Assembly (NCBI GenBank): GCA_025352795.1
Contig: JANXSF010000020.1
Location: forward strand, 130,879 to 194,878
Origin: Acidobacteriota bacterium
GTDB lineage: Bacteria; Acidobacteriota; Terriglobia; Bryobacterales; Bryobacteraceae
Length of the DNA stretch: 64,000 bases
Direction: 5' to 3'
Positions 54,072 to 64,000 of the stretch are shown one piece after another. Under the pieces are notes generated by a model. That model saw only the letters and a list, made by a program, of their open reading frames with translations. It had not been told where the DNA came from and ran no database searches. The position numbers were made by a program, and so were the translations under genes. Each line of letters begins with the position of its first letter. Position 1 is the stretch's first letter.

Positions 54072-56988
54072 TTACCGCTTTCCTCGCCAGAGGAAATTCC
54101 AATTGGAAACGGGCACCCTCACCGGGCTTACTTTGAACATCAATGGAACCGCCATGTTCTTTTACGATACCGTAAGTGACGGCCAGCCCGAGGCCGGTGC
54201 CCTTTTTGGGTGCCTTAGTAGTAAAAAATGGATCGTAGATGCGGCTAAGGAGTTCCGATGCAATGCCCGATCCCGTATCAGCGATCGTCACAACAGCCTG
54301 ATCCTCTTCGGCGAAGGTCACAATTTCCAAAGTGCCACCCTTTTCCATGGCATCGCGGGCATTCAAGATCAGATTGAGAAATACCTGTTGTAGCTTGCCT
54401 GGATTTCCTTTCACTAAACCTAATTGCGGATCAAGCTTTTGCTTAATATTTACCAACCCACTGGACAGTTGCGGGGCCACCAAAGAAAGCGTTTCCACAA
54501 TCACTTTGTTCAAATCAATCTCTACGAATTCAACCGGAGAGGTTCGCGAAAAATTGAGTAGGGAATTAACGATTTCACTGGCACGGAAGGTTTGTTTGGC
54601 AATCTTCTCTAACAGTTTCGACTTACTTTCATCCCCTTGTACTTGCTTTGCCAGCATCTGGGCATAGGTTGAAATCACCGCCAGCGGCGTATTCACTTCA
54701 TGAGCCACTCCGGCGGCCAGCAACCCGATGGAAGACAGTTTGTCAGCCTGCACTAAACGAGTTTCCAGTTCCGCACGCACAGTGACGTTGTCAAAAATGA
54801 TCAACCGGCCAATTCGTTCCCCATCTTTCGATACCAGCGGAGCCACGGCAATGTTCAGGGTGGAAGCCTCTACGTCAGCCGTGGGCAGCATCTCGAATTT
54901 GTAAATGTTATGGACACCAGCTTCGTGCCGCACTTGATCCAGGTGACTAACAAGCGACGCTGGCAATAGCTCCCGCAATCGGCATCCAACTGCCTGATCA
55001 CGGCCCACTCCGGTCAACCGTTCCATCTGGTTATTCCAGCTCTCCACACGATCTTCCAGATCCGCAGCCAGAATCCCCACATTGATCGATTCCACAATGT
55101 TTTCGCTAAACTCTTTCAGCCGTTCGTACTCGTCAGCTTTGCGTTGCAACGAACGGTAGAGTCGGGCATTTTCAATGGCGATGCCTACGTAACCAGCCAA
55201 CGTCACCAACAACTCAACGTCGTCGCTGGAAAGAAAATCGCCTTTTTCTGTTCGACTGATCCCCATCCAGGCGATGGTCCGTCCACGAGCATTGCATGGC
55301 ACGTAGTAGGTTAAATCCAAATCGGCGATGGTATGACGGACGCTTTGCGCATAATTGGCCATACGCGCATCCAGCACATTCCGCGTCCTTTCAAAGAAGA
55401 GGTAGGGAGTATCAAGAGGAAAGGTCAAAAAGCTTAGATCCATCAGGTCAGGAACCGGTCGGGAAAGCCCCGCCGTTAGATAAATCCGGTAACTATCTCC
55501 TGATTCCGCTTCCAGAAAGAAAGCGATGTGCTTAATGGACAGCGTACGAATCAACCGTTCAGCCACAGAATTCAGCACGCCGTTCAAATCAGTTTCAGTG
55601 CTCAACTCGCGGGCAAATTCGATCAGTGTCCGCCGATAATCGTAATTTTCTTTGTAGAAGAAATAGCGGTCTAACAGTTCCTGTATCCAGTTGCGGATGG
55701 GTTGAAAAATGAACGTGGCAATCAGAATCACCGTGACCATGGATGCTGGTGTCAGGTCATCCAGTTTGCCTAAGGTAACAATCAGCCCGTAGAAGACAGC
55801 AAGCACGGCAAGTGTCGCAATGGTGTGCACGTACCCTTGCTGGAAAATGACATCCACATCCATCAATCGGTAGCGGATCGTGGCGTAGGCCCACGTCAGA
55901 GGAAGGAAAATCAGAAACAGGATGGTCATTTCCATGTAGCCGTTGGGAACCACGCCAGCGGTATAGGGAATCACGTAGAACAAAGTGAACGGAATGACTC
56001 CGATCATGACGCCGTTACGCAGCCATTTTAGTTGGTTGCGGATAATAGGGTCTTCTTCCTTGCTGTGGGCAATTGCCAGCACCATTGCACCGGCTAAATA
56101 ACCTGTGGAAAGGAATGGAAGCCAAATTCGATCCAGCACCCAACGAAGTTCAATCAACGAAAAAACAGTTTGCAGGGTGCCGCTGGTGACCAAAAAGAAC
56201 ACCACAGCAATTCCAGCCGCAGGCAGGTAGAGCAAGGCTGCCCCGAAAAAACGCTTCAGCCAACGCCTTGGTTCAGGAAAGGTGAGAGTGAAATGCAGAA
56301 ATAGCGATGGGACCAGCAATCCGGCAAGGAAGTTGCCGAAGTAGATCACCTTGTCAAAGTTGTTCAGCTTTCCTGTGTAGTGGAAGGTAGAAAGAATGAA
56401 AGATGCCAGGCACAGAACGTAAAAGTGAATGGCTTTATCCGCATCGCCCCGGCGAAAATAGACAAAAAGTCCGATAAAAAGATAAGCCGCACCAACCAGA
56501 TATTGGTAGTAAAGCAAGGTGGATGGAGTATGCTCTCCAATCAATACTTGGATGGGCACAGGGGTGGGATCACGATCAGGACGGGGATCTACCCGTTCGA
56601 TCACGTAGACAGCTTTTTGCCAAGCTCCAAAACCGATCAGAACACGGGTGACTTCCATTGCCGTATCAATGTGAGTTCCAGGTGAAGGATCAGCCCCAGG
56701 GGCGGTTACTGGACGGATAATGCGAAGAACATCGCCATTTTTGATACCCGCCTTGGCCCCAGGCCCTTCCGGTTCAACATAAAATGCAACAACTGCAGGT
56801 CGAAGTTTGCCATCAGGTTTGGTCGCCGGTTCAAAACGATCCACCCAAGTGACGCCATCTTCGGGGATGCGAAACTTCTTTTGCTGTTGGAAATTCACGG
56901 CGGCAGCGACAACCGCAGCCATCGTCAAGATGACCAGTAACGCGCCGATTAATTGTCGTTTGAGTTCCCGCACAGAGCGAACCAACAC
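54064..56988 (-). CDS. multi-pass membrane sensor histidine kinase (GAF/PAS-HisKA-HATPase)
   Basis: 974 aa. N-terminal extracytoplasmic segment followed by several TM helices. H-box AGVAHEVNTPL. N, G1 and G2 boxes (LNLILNARDAM, DTGSGI, GTGLGL). Its stop overlaps the regulator start by 8 nt. Confidence 0.88.
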   Translation of the reverse strand: MLVRSVRELKRQLIGALLVILTMAAVVAAAVNFQQQKKFRIPEDGVTWVDRFEPATKPDGKLRPAVVAFYVEPEGPGAKAGIKNGDVLRIIRPVTAPGADPSPGTHIDTAMEVTRVLIGFGAWQKAVYVIERVDPRPDRDPTPVPIQVLIGEHTPSTLLYYQYLVGAAYLFIGLFVYFRRGDADKAIHFYVLCLASFILSTFHYTGKLNNFDKVIYFGNFLAGLLVPSLFLHFTLTFPEPRRWLKRFFGAALLYLPAAGIAVVFFLVTSGTLQTVFSLIELRWVLDRIWLPFLSTGYLAGAMVLAIAHSKEEDPIIRNQLKWLRNGVMIGVIPFTLFYVIPYTAGVVPNGYMEMTILFLIFLPLTWAYATIRYRLMDVDVIFQQGYVHTIATLAVLAVFYGLIVTLGKLDDLTPASMVTVILIATFIFQPIRNWIQELLDRYFFYKENYDYRRTLIEFARELSTETDLNGVLNSVAERLIRTLSIKHIAFFLEAESGDSYRIYLTAGLSRPVPDLMDLSFLTFPLDTPYLFFERTRNVLDARMANYAQSVRHTIADLDLTYYVPCNARGRTIAWMGISRTEKGDFLSSDDVELLVTLAGYVGIAIENARLYRSLQRKADEYERLKEFSENIVESINVGILAADLEDRVESWNNQMERLTGVGRDQAVGCRLRELLPASLVSHLDQVRHEAGVHNIYKFEMLPTADVEASTLNIAVAPLVSKDGERIGRLIIFDNVTVRAELETRLVQADKLSSIGLLAAGVAHEVNTPLAVISTYAQMLAKQVQGDESKSKLLEKIAKQTFRASEIVNSLLNFSRTSPVEFVEIDLNKVIVETLSLVAPQLSSGLVNIKQKLDPQLGLVKGNPGKLQQVFLNLILNARDAMEKGGTLEIVTFAEEDQAVVTIADTGSGIASELLSRIYDPFFTTKAPKKGTGLGLAVTYGIVKEHGGSIDVQSKPGEGARFQLEFPLARKAVNA

Positions 56989-57233
56989 TTCCCCACCAGG
57001 GCTGTTGCAATTATGTCACCACTTGGATGGCGTCTGCCAGATTCATTTCCGTCATATGATTTCAATCACTTAGCTATTGTGGAAAAAGGCTAAGTTCTGA
57101 TTCTGGGATATGCACACTATTAGAAAGTGTAGAGTTCCCCAACAGTGTGCAAGATTCAGCTCGGCCTTTAACCGGAATCGCAAGGTTGGATGGCTGCTGG
57201 CATCCGTGGCCTAACTTGTTGCGGGAAAACTAC

Positions 57234-57340
57234 TTTTGGTTAACAAAAGACCGCTCCCTTGCGGTCACGGCTCGGTAACACACTGATTCTACAGAGCCGT
57301 GACCGCGAGGGAGCGGTTTTTCAAATGCCTGATACACTTC
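57234..57340. repeat. REP doublet (REPIN-like) copy 2
   Basis: GACCGCTCCCTTGCGGTCACGGCTCGG (57249-57275) and the inverse GAGCCGTGACCGCGAGGGAGCGGT (57293-57316). Nearly identical to 35083-35186, including the flanking TTGGTTA and TTTTTCAAA..CTGATAC..CTTC. Confidence 0.8.
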
Positions 57341-57394
57341 ACTCCAACACTTGAGGCAATTCCGCCTGCCCGCTCGTTTGCGTTAACAGGGCTC

Positions 57395-58723
57395 TTAGCT
57401 AGTCAGACCGCCAAGTTTTTGCGTTGCCGTGGGGAATTTTTGTATGTCGGCGTGCATCACGTCATCAGCCACAGTCAAGTAAAGATCCGCCACAGTTCCA
57501 GTCATTTTGGAATGAACTCCGGTAACTAATTTGGGATTGGCGTGCCCCGCAATAATGGCGGCCATGCCATTATTTTTGTGATCGTTGGCTTCCGCATGTT
57601 CATGGACATACAACAGGCAGGTGTTATCGAATACTGTTCTTTCACCTTCGTTAATTGAGCGCAACTTATTGCAAAGATACGCAAATTCTTCGGCATGCCA
57701 GTGACAAATATCGCGCATGGTTCGTTGACCTGCCAGTTTCCCGGGGCTGTTCGACGGCGCGTCACCATGCGTGTAATCGTGATGCCGACCGTGGGTGTAG
57801 CCCAGCCACGGGAATCGCGATAGGCCCTGACACTTGGTCAACATGTAGCTGGCCACCCTGGTTTGCCGCGAAGCAAACGCGTGGGTCAGCAGGTCCGATT
57901 GCAACCGGGCAATTCGTGGCCAATCTTTCATATCCCCGTCGTAATCCGGTTGCTCCACTTTCCGATAATTAGCAGGAAGCCCATCAATGGCCCGTTCCAT
58001 GTCCCGAATGGATTGCAGATGCTCATCAACTTTGCCTGTATCTTCTGCACCTAAATTTTTCTTGAGCCCAGCTAAATCTTCCCGCACGGCATCCAGGATG
58101 CTATGCTTCCGCTTCACCCAACCATCTTCCCGCGCACCAAACAAGCGATCAAAAAGCTTATGGGGCAACATTTCTGGCGGCAAAGGACGGTCATAACCAG
58201 CCCAACTCATGTTGCGTTGAATGCTTTCCCCAAACGATTCCTGCGAAACTCCAATCTGCAAAGATCGAAAGCGTGACGTCCCTCCAATTTTCTGGGCAAT
58301 CACTTGGTCAATGGATGGACCACCCGCTCCCCTGCCAGTGAATTGGGTACCGCTCATCAGCGCACTCATCGACCGATGATGATCATTTCCAGGCCCCGGC
58401 ATACGCGCTGCAGGATTATCCAGACCAGTGACAATGTGGATGTCTTCTTTGAACGTCTCCAGCGGCGCAAGGCATGGAGTCATAGAAAAATCGCGACCAG
58501 TTTCCGAAGGGATCCAATATTTTTCCACAATGCCGTTGCCGTTGAACCACAGCACAAAGCGCGTTTCAATCTTACTTTGACCGGCTGCCCAAGCGGTGCC
58601 ATTCCCATTAAACATGGCTGCCAAAGGTGGAAGTCCTACGCGAATCGCCGAACCGGCAATGGTTGCTCCGCTAAGAAATCGGCGGCGCGAAATATTGGTT
58701 GGACGGGTTGAGATGTTGCTCAT
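57395..58723 (-). CDS. DUF1552 domain-containing protein (Tat leader)
   Basis: [16 protein letters not shown] leader and [14 protein letters not shown] (HxxSHH-like family signature). The ATG overlaps the upstream stop (ATGA). Confidence 0.85.
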   Translation of the reverse strand: MSNISTRPTNISRRRFLSGATIAGSAIRVGLPPLAAMFNGNGTAWAAGQSKIETRFVLWFNGNGIVEKYWIPSETGRDFSMTPCLAPLETFKEDIHIVTGLDNPAARMPGPGNDHHRSMSALMSGTQFTGRGAGGPSIDQVIAQKIGGTSRFRSLQIGVSQESFGESIQRNMSWAGYDRPLPPEMLPHKLFDRLFGAREDGWVKRKHSILDAVREDLAGLKKNLGAEDTGKVDEHLQSIRDMERAIDGLPANYRKVEQPDYDGDMKDWPRIARLQSDLLTHAFASRQTRVASYMLTKCQGLSRFPWLGYTHGRHHDYTHGDAPSNSPGKLAGQRTMRDICHWHAEEFAYLCNKLRSINEGERTVFDNTCLLYVHEHAEANDHKNNGMAAIIAGHANPKLVTGVHSKMTGTVADLYLTVADDVMHADIQKFPTATQKLGGLTS

Positions 58724-60654
58724 AATTCACTGCCAGTGACTATAGCAATCATAAGCTCTTTAAACTGGAATTGCGAGTTGGTAAACGCTTTCAAAGCATG
58801 ATCCAGTACTGGTTGATCGGCACGAGTTTCTGTACGACCCAGGCAGTATCGAAACACTTGTTTGGCGACGCAAGCACGGCAGGCGTCGCTTTCCGAAAGA
58901 ATCTTCCCTAGCTGTGGCGGATTTTGAAACTCGGAATTCCGTAGCCCCGCCACATGCCCGCTGATGTCGATGGGAAGTTCCAGATCCACTTTTCCCTTCT
59001 TTGCTTCTTCCCTGCCCTGGGCAGCATGCGCCACGAACTTCTCCTGATACCGACCGGCTGCATCAAACTTTTCCAAACCGAATCCGATGGGGTCAATCAG
59101 CTTGTGGCAACTGGCACAGCTTTCATTGGTGAGATGATCGGCCAATCGCTCCCGGTTGGTCATTGGGCGATCCTCTTTCACTTCCGGCAGATTCGTATTC
59201 ACTCCCGGTGGCGGTTGCGGGACATGCTGGCAAAGCAATTGCTCCCGAACGAATAAACCGCGAGCCGTAGGGGACGTCTCCACCGGCTTTGAAGTTTGCA
59301 CCAGAACGCTGCCATGGGTCAGAATGCCAGAGCGCATAGATTGCGCGGGAAATTGTACTTTGGCAAATGGTTCCGCAGGCGCTGGAAACTGGTAAAGGGT
59401 CGCTAAATCAGCATTCACAAAGCTGTAGGAAGCCGATACAAATTCCATAAAATTGGCGTTGCTCCAAACCAGATGATGCAAAAAGCGACGAGTCTCTTCG
59501 TTCATAGCCAGGGCCAATTCGCGAGTGAACATGGGGAATAATCGGCGATCTTTCAACTGATTGGTAACGCGATCAAAGCGGAACCATTGCCCAATGAATT
59601 CGTCCAGACCGACTTTCGATTGGTCATTGGCCAACATTTTCCGCGCCTGCGCTTCCAACCCAGCAGCGTCGTCCAGCTTGCCTGCTTGGGCAAGGGTTAG
59701 CAGGGCTTCGTCGGGCATGGTGTCCCAAAAAAAGTAGGATAGGCGGGAAGCACGGGCGTACGATTTCCATTTCTGGTTGGTTGTCCGCTCCAATCGAAAC
59801 AAGAAGTTTGGCGATTGCAGCATAGCTTCCACAGTTGCCTCTATCCCCGACCAAAAGTTGTTGCCGCGCTTGGCTTCGGCAACAAACAGGCGACCATACC
59901 GATTCTGTTCTTCGGCTTCCAAAGGACGGCGAAATGCGCGACGTCCAAACTTGCGGATAAATTGTTCGCGACACGCCCCGTCAGTCGGGCCAGTTGGCTT
60001 ACAAAAAGTGAGTTCCTTCGCTTGACGGCGAACAGCGGAAACAGCCAGTTTTTCTGCCGCTGCAGCGTAGTTTTCAGCAAGCAATGGGGAAAGGTTTTGG
60101 CCTTGAATCTGGTTTTTGAAACCGTTGATAAAATCTTCAGGTGGAAATTGCGCAGCAGGGTTGGATGCGTCGCCCAGCAGATCTCGCACAGTGTTGTTGT
60201 ATTGGCTATGCGTCAACCGGCGCAGCGTTTCCGCAGCAGTCACTCGACGTTTCGGAGTTGGCGGAGTCAGCGCAAGCAGTTCCTGAGGGGAAAGACCAGC
60301 CAAGTAATTCACCCAGACTTCCAGCAACTTCTCTTCCGGCCCATTTTGGGCAATGCGCATGCCGCCAGAGTGCTTGAGTCGATTGGTGGGCTTCCTACGC
60401 AGCAGGCTATCGGCAGGAGATTTGGGATTCACCCAACGCTGCAATTGCAGGCCGAAGATTTCCCGCTCCGCATCGGAAGCTTCGGCGTCTGGGAAAACAA
60501 GATTGGTGGGTCCGGCGACTCCATCGGTGACGTGACAGGTTCGGCAATTTGCCTTTTCCAAAACAGGGTATAGATTGCTGACGAACCAGGGAGCATCCAT
60601 TGGCTGGGAATAAGCTGTTAGCGCACTGGCAAGAAGCAGGACAGAAAATCGCAT
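58720..60654 (-). CDS. DUF1592/DUF1595/DUF1587/DUF1588/DUF1585 (PSD/PSCyt3) protein
   Basis: Signal peptide, N-terminal CRTCHV haem-c-like motif, C-terminal [19 protein letters not shown] and CRACV motifs. Canonical partner of DUF1552. Confidence 0.85.
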   Translation of the reverse strand: MRFSVLLLASALTAYSQPMDAPWFVSNLYPVLEKANCRTCHVTDGVAGPTNLVFPDAEASDAEREIFGLQLQRWVNPKSPADSLLRRKPTNRLKHSGGMRIAQNGPEEKLLEVWVNYLAGLSPQELLALTPPTPKRRVTAAETLRRLTHSQYNNTVRDLLGDASNPAAQFPPEDFINGFKNQIQGQNLSPLLAENYAAAAEKLAVSAVRRQAKELTFCKPTGPTDGACREQFIRKFGRRAFRRPLEAEEQNRYGRLFVAEAKRGNNFWSGIEATVEAMLQSPNFLFRLERTTNQKWKSYARASRLSYFFWDTMPDEALLTLAQAGKLDDAAGLEAQARKMLANDQSKVGLDEFIGQWFRFDRVTNQLKDRRLFPMFTRELALAMNEETRRFLHHLVWSNANFMEFVSASYSFVNADLATLYQFPAPAEPFAKVQFPAQSMRSGILTHGSVLVQTSKPVETSPTARGLFVREQLLCQHVPQPPPGVNTNLPEVKEDRPMTNRERLADHLTNESCASCHKLIDPIGFGLEKFDAAGRYQEKFVAHAAQGREEAKKGKVDLELPIDISGHVAGLRNSEFQNPPQLGKILSESDACRACVAKQVFRYCLGRTETRADQPVLDHALKAFTNSQFQFKELMIAIVTGSEL

Positions 60655-60699
60655 CTGTATCTGATTATCGTAACAACTCAGATATATTTAAAGAGGAAC

Positions 60700-61446
60700 A
60701 TGATCAAACGAAATTTTGCGGTGAGTGCGCTGTTGTTGCTTTCGTCCTGCGCCAAGACGGAAGAAAAAGCTGTGTCGAATCCCGTGGCCACCCCAGCCAA
60801 ATTGGGGGAGTCGACTATTGCGGGCAAGGTGACGTTTATTGGGGCGAAACCAATACCCAAGGATATCCGACCCCAAATGGAAGCTGTCCCATCCTGCCTA
60901 AAACAGCATCCTGGCCCGATTTATTCTGAGGATGTGTTGATTGACGCAAACGGTGGGCTGAAAAATGTTTTTGTGCGGGTTAAGGAAGGATTACCCAATC
61001 AAAGTTGGCCCACCCCGACGTCCGCTGTATCCATTGATCAATCCGGATGCATGTATGTTCCTCATGTGATTGGAGCGATGGTGAACCAGAACGTGGAGTT
61101 CTCCAATTCCGATATGGTGAACCACAACATTCATCCCTTGCCGAAGGTCAATCGAGAGTGGAACGAATCCCAGCCACCGCAAGCTGAAAAAAAGTCCAAA
61201 CAATTCCTCAAGGAAGAGTTTATGGTGCCGATAAAGTGTAATGTTCACCCCTGGATGCGGGTGTACGTGGGAGTTTCCTCACACCCATTCTTCGCAGTTA
61301 CCGGCGAAGACGGTTCGTTCGCCCTTAAAGGGTTGCCCCCAGGCGAATACACATTAGAAGCCTGGCACGAACAATTCGGCATCCAACAGGTAAAGGTAAA
61401 AGTTGGCGAGAAGGTTTCAGCAACTGCCGCCTTTAAATTTAAGTAG
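60700..61446 (+). CDS. lipoprotein with cupredoxin-like Cys/His/Met motif and carboxypeptidase-regulatory-like C-terminal domain
   Basis: Lipobox LLSSC. VNHNIHP ... CNVHPWM gives His/Cys/His/Met spacing reminiscent of type-1 Cu sites. C-terminal GEDGSFALKGLPPGEYTLEAW. Confidence 0.5.
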   Translation: MIKRNFAVSALLLLSSCAKTEEKAVSNPVATPAKLGESTIAGKVTFIGAKPIPKDIRPQMEAVPSCLKQHPGPIYSEDVLIDANGGLKNVFVRVKEGLPNQSWPTPTSAVSIDQSGCMYVPHVIGAMVNQNVEFSNSDMVNHNIHPLPKVNREWNESQPPQAEKKSKQFLKEEFMVPIKCNVHPWMRVYVGVSSHPFFAVTGEDGSFALKGLPPGEYTLEAWHEQFGIQQVKVKVGEKVSATAAFKFK

Positions 61447-61529
61447 ACTGCGCTTATATTTCTCGCCTGACAAGAACTTTTCGCGTTAGAATAGAATTCT
61501 AGCGTGAATACTTCCGCTAAGAGACTCTC

Positions 61530-62429
61530 ATGAAAAACCCTGGTCTGCACAAGTACGCATTATTCTTAGCTTGCTGCACATTGTTATTAGTGTTAGCAGG
61601 CGCGTCGGTAACCAGTACCGAATCCTCCCTTTCGGTCCCTGATTGGCCTTTATCTTATGGCCAAATCCTCCCCGAAATGAAAGGTGGCGTGTTATTTGAA
61701 ACCGGTCACAGACTGGTAGGAAAAACCGTTGGCTTCCTGGTGATCATTCTGGCTATCTGGATTCAGCGTAAAGATGAACGAGCCTGGATGCGAAAACTCG
61801 GTTGGACGGCCCTCGGAGTGGTTTGCCTCCAGGGAACATTGGGCGGGTTGACTGTCCTTTACCTGCTTCCAAAGCCGATCAGCATTTCCCATGCCTGTCT
61901 GGCGCAACTCTTCTTCTCATTGATCGTTTCCATTGCTGTATTCACTTCCCCGGCGTGGCGACAAGGCGCGCAACTGGTGGAAGATTCTGGAACCCCCTCA
62001 TTCCGCACGCTGGCTTGGCTAACTCCAGTCTCTGTGCTGTTACAAATCGTATTAGGGGCTGGTTTCCGGCATCATGTCATCAACATTCTTCCGCATGTGG
62101 CGGGCGCGGTGATTGTGACCTCCATTGTGATGTACACAGCAATTTCGGTAACAGTGCAGTTTCCCAACCACAAAGGGTTGCAGCAATCCGGGATGGCGTT
62201 GTTAGGGGTGACGAGCATGCAGGTTCTACTGGGAATCGCCGCTTATCTTAGCCGATTATCGTCGGCTGGAGCACTGACTCCGCCCACTTCCACCATTTGG
62301 TACACCGTACTCCACGTAGCTGTGGGAGGATTAACCATGGCCGCCAGTGTTGTGCTGGCGATTCAAATTCGTAGAAATGTGGTTCCGGCATCGGAATTTT
62401 CGCAGCAAAAGTTGGCTATGGCATCATGA
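61530..62429 (+). CDS. ctaA: heme A synthase (COX15/CtaA family)
   Basis: Eight hydrophobic segments. SLSVPDWPLSYG, conserved HR/H pairs (ETGHRLVG, GFRHHV, VLHVAVG). Confidence 0.88.
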   Translation: MKNPGLHKYALFLACCTLLLVLAGASVTSTESSLSVPDWPLSYGQILPEMKGGVLFETGHRLVGKTVGFLVIILAIWIQRKDERAWMRKLGWTALGVVCLQGTLGGLTVLYLLPKPISISHACLAQLFFSLIVSIAVFTSPAWRQGAQLVEDSGTPSFRTLAWLTPVSVLLQIVLGAGFRHHVINILPHVAGAVIVTSIVMYTAISVTVQFPNHKGLQQSGMALLGVTSMQVLLGIAAYLSRLSSAGALTPPTSTIWYTVLHVAVGGLTMAASVVLAIQIRRNVVPASEFSQQKLAMAS

Positions 62430-63277
62430 ACGATTATTTGGAACTGACCAAACCCCGCATCACCTGGCTCATATTAATGAGCACGGCTATCGGCTACTTT
62501 TTTGGTTGGGACGGCTCTTGGAATTTTTGGCTACTGTTTCACACAGTACTTGGCACCGGACTGATTGCATCGGGGACGGCTGCGTTGAATCAATGGTACG
62601 AACATGACGCCGATGCAAAAATGTTGCGTACCAATAAGCGACCCATACCTTCAGGTCGGGTGACTGCACCGAATGCGCTGCTGTTTGGGATCGCCATTGC
62701 TGTTCTTGGATTTGTGGAATTGGCATGGGGCGTCAATCTGCTCACAGGCTTATTGGGTGCGTTCACTTTGGCCAGTTACCTGTTCGTCTACACTCCCATG
62801 AAGCAAAAGTCCTGGCTATCCACCACCGTCGGCGCAGTTCCCGGTGCAATGCCGCCGATGATCGGATTTGCCGCCGCCAAAGGCACGCTGACTCCTGAAG
62901 CTTGGATCCTATTCGCCATTTTGTTTCTGTGGCAGTTCCCTCATTTTTACGCCATTGCCTGGATGTATCGGGAAGATTATCAGCGTGCTGGAATCCAAAT
63001 GCTTCCGGTAGTGGAACCCGACGGAAACTCTACATCGCGACACATGGTGGCATTTTCACTGGCGCTGATTCCGGTCAGCCTAATGCCTGCCTTCTACGCC
63101 ATGTCCGGTAAGTTCTATTTTGTGGGCGCTCTGATGTTAGGAATGGCCTTTTTGTATGCCAGTTGGCAGGTATATTCGGATCGATCCCTGATCAATGCCC
63201 GGGGTGTTCTGAAAGCTTCGGTTATCTATTTACCCCTCCTATACTGTCTAATGGTTCTTGACCGGACCATTTTGTGA
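62426..63277 (+). CDS. ctaB: protoheme IX farnesyltransferase (heme O synthase)
   Basis: YLELTKPRI, NQWYEHDADAKMLRTNKRPIPSG, WQFPHFYAIAWMYREDY. ATGA overlap with ctaA. Confidence 0.93.
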   Translation: MNDYLELTKPRITWLILMSTAIGYFFGWDGSWNFWLLFHTVLGTGLIASGTAALNQWYEHDADAKMLRTNKRPIPSGRVTAPNALLFGIAIAVLGFVELAWGVNLLTGLLGAFTLASYLFVYTPMKQKSWLSTTVGAVPGAMPPMIGFAAAKGTLTPEAWILFAILFLWQFPHFYAIAWMYREDYQRAGIQMLPVVEPDGNSTSRHMVAFSLALIPVSLMPAFYAMSGKFYFVGALMLGMAFLYASWQVYSDRSLINARGVLKASVIYLPLLYCLMVLDRTIL

Positions 63278-64000
63278 TAGTTACCACCAAAAATCTTAAA
63301 CTCAATTACGGAACGCAGCGAGCATTAGAAGACGTTTCTTTCAGCGTCGAACAGGGAGAATTATTCGGCATTCTTGGACCCAACGGTTCCGGAAAGTCCA
63401 CCATGTTTCGCGTTTTAGCCACCATCGAAGAACCCCAGGCAGGCACCGCCACCATCAGCGGATTGGACGTAGTCAGCCAAGCCCAGCAAGTCCGCCGACT
63501 GATTGGCGTAGTGTTTCAATCGCAAAGCTTAGACAAATATCTGACCGTGGAGGAGAACCTTTCCAGTCAGGGCCATTTGTTCGGATTGAGCGGGGCTAGC
63601 TTGAAAGAGCGCATCACGCGGCTGCTGGATCGTCTACAACTGACTGACCGCCGTTCCAGCATCTTAAAAACATTATCTGGCGGGATGAAACGTCGGGTAG
63701 AAATCGCCAAGGCTCTTCTCCACGATCCGAAGGTTCTTTTAATGGACGAACCGACCACTGGCCTGGACCCGGTGGCGCGCATGGAACTCTGGAAGTATGT
63801 CGATGAATTGCGTCGCGAAACTGGAGTCACCGTGATTGTCACGACGCACCTTCTTGACGAAGCAGAACGAGCATCGCGGCTAATGTTGATGCACATGGGT
63901 ATTTCCGTGTTGCAAGGCACTCCGGCACAATTAAAGTCCAGTATCCCCGGCGATGTCGTACTGATTGAAAGTGACGATCCGGAAGCGCTGCGCCAAGGCG
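63274..64000 (+). CDS. ABC transporter ATP-binding protein, 3' end outside window
   Basis: Hand translation from the GTG at 63274 (GTGA overlap with ctaB). Walker A GPNGSGKST, signature LSGGMKRR, Walker B LLMDEP, H-loop TTHLL. The frame is open to the window edge. Confidence 0.88.
   Translation, partial: MIVTTKNLKLNYGTQRALEDVSFSVEQGELFGILGPNGSGKSTMFRVLATIEEPQAGTATISGLDVVSQAQQVRRLIGVVFQSQSLDKYLTVEENLSSQGHLFGLSGASLKERITRLLDRLQLTDRRSSILKTLSGGMKRRVEIAKALLHDPKVLLMDEPTTGLDPVARMELWKYVDELRRETGVTVIVTTHLLDEAERASRLMLMHMGISVLQGTPAQLKSSIPGDVVLIESDDPEALRQG

Noticed and set aside
59815-60573. 252-aa plus-strand ORF
   Set aside because: It lies entirely antisense within the DUF1592-family gene, with no motif and no RBS context.
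63567-63920. 117-aa minus-strand ORF
   Set aside because: It is antisense to the ABC ATPase gene, which has intact Walker A/B and signature motifs.
1-64000. CRISPR arrays, rRNA genes, prophage or IS elements with terminal inverted repeats
   Set aside because: No regularly spaced direct repeats, no rRNA-like sequence and no integrase, capsid or terminase-like ORFs were seen. The only interspersed repeats are the REP elements reported above.

Overview
This 64-kb window is a densely coding chromosomal segment with about 60 supported CDS, many coupled by ATGA/TGATG start-stop overlaps. It carries one tRNA-Lys(UUU), no rRNA and no CRISPR array. The host looks like an Acidobacteria (Solibacter/Bryobacter-like) genome. 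That is an inference from a giant SBBP-repeat protein with a TIGR03437-type C-terminal domain and from several Planctomycete-type PSCyt/PSD+DUF1501 and DUF1592+DUF1552 cassettes.

Housekeeping blocks:
- accB-accC, leuA-B-C-D with a divergent LysR regulator, and tldD-pmbA
- ahcY, galT, ggt, cspA and ctaA-ctaB
- a fatty-acid activation/beta-oxidation block
- an NtrC-type two-component pair

Accessory or unusual content:
1. A REP-associated tyrosine transposase (RAYT) is bracketed by inverted REPs, and two ~100-bp REP doublets (REPIN-like) lie elsewhere in the window.
2. An apparently AT-richer module sits between leuD and an SDR gene: an unknown 91-aa protein, a PIN-like nuclease and a DUF433 protein, plus a split small membrane ORF. 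This is the best candidate for an undescribed toxin-antitoxin or defence-type system.
3. A merR / merC-like / two thioredoxin-fold operon lacks merA, merP and merT. It lies next to a decayed gene-free zone and tRNA-Lys.
4. An orphan gamma-class N6-adenine DNA methyltransferase has no adjacent nuclease.

All functional calls come from motif recognition by eye on the supplied translations. No database search or numerical composition analysis was run.
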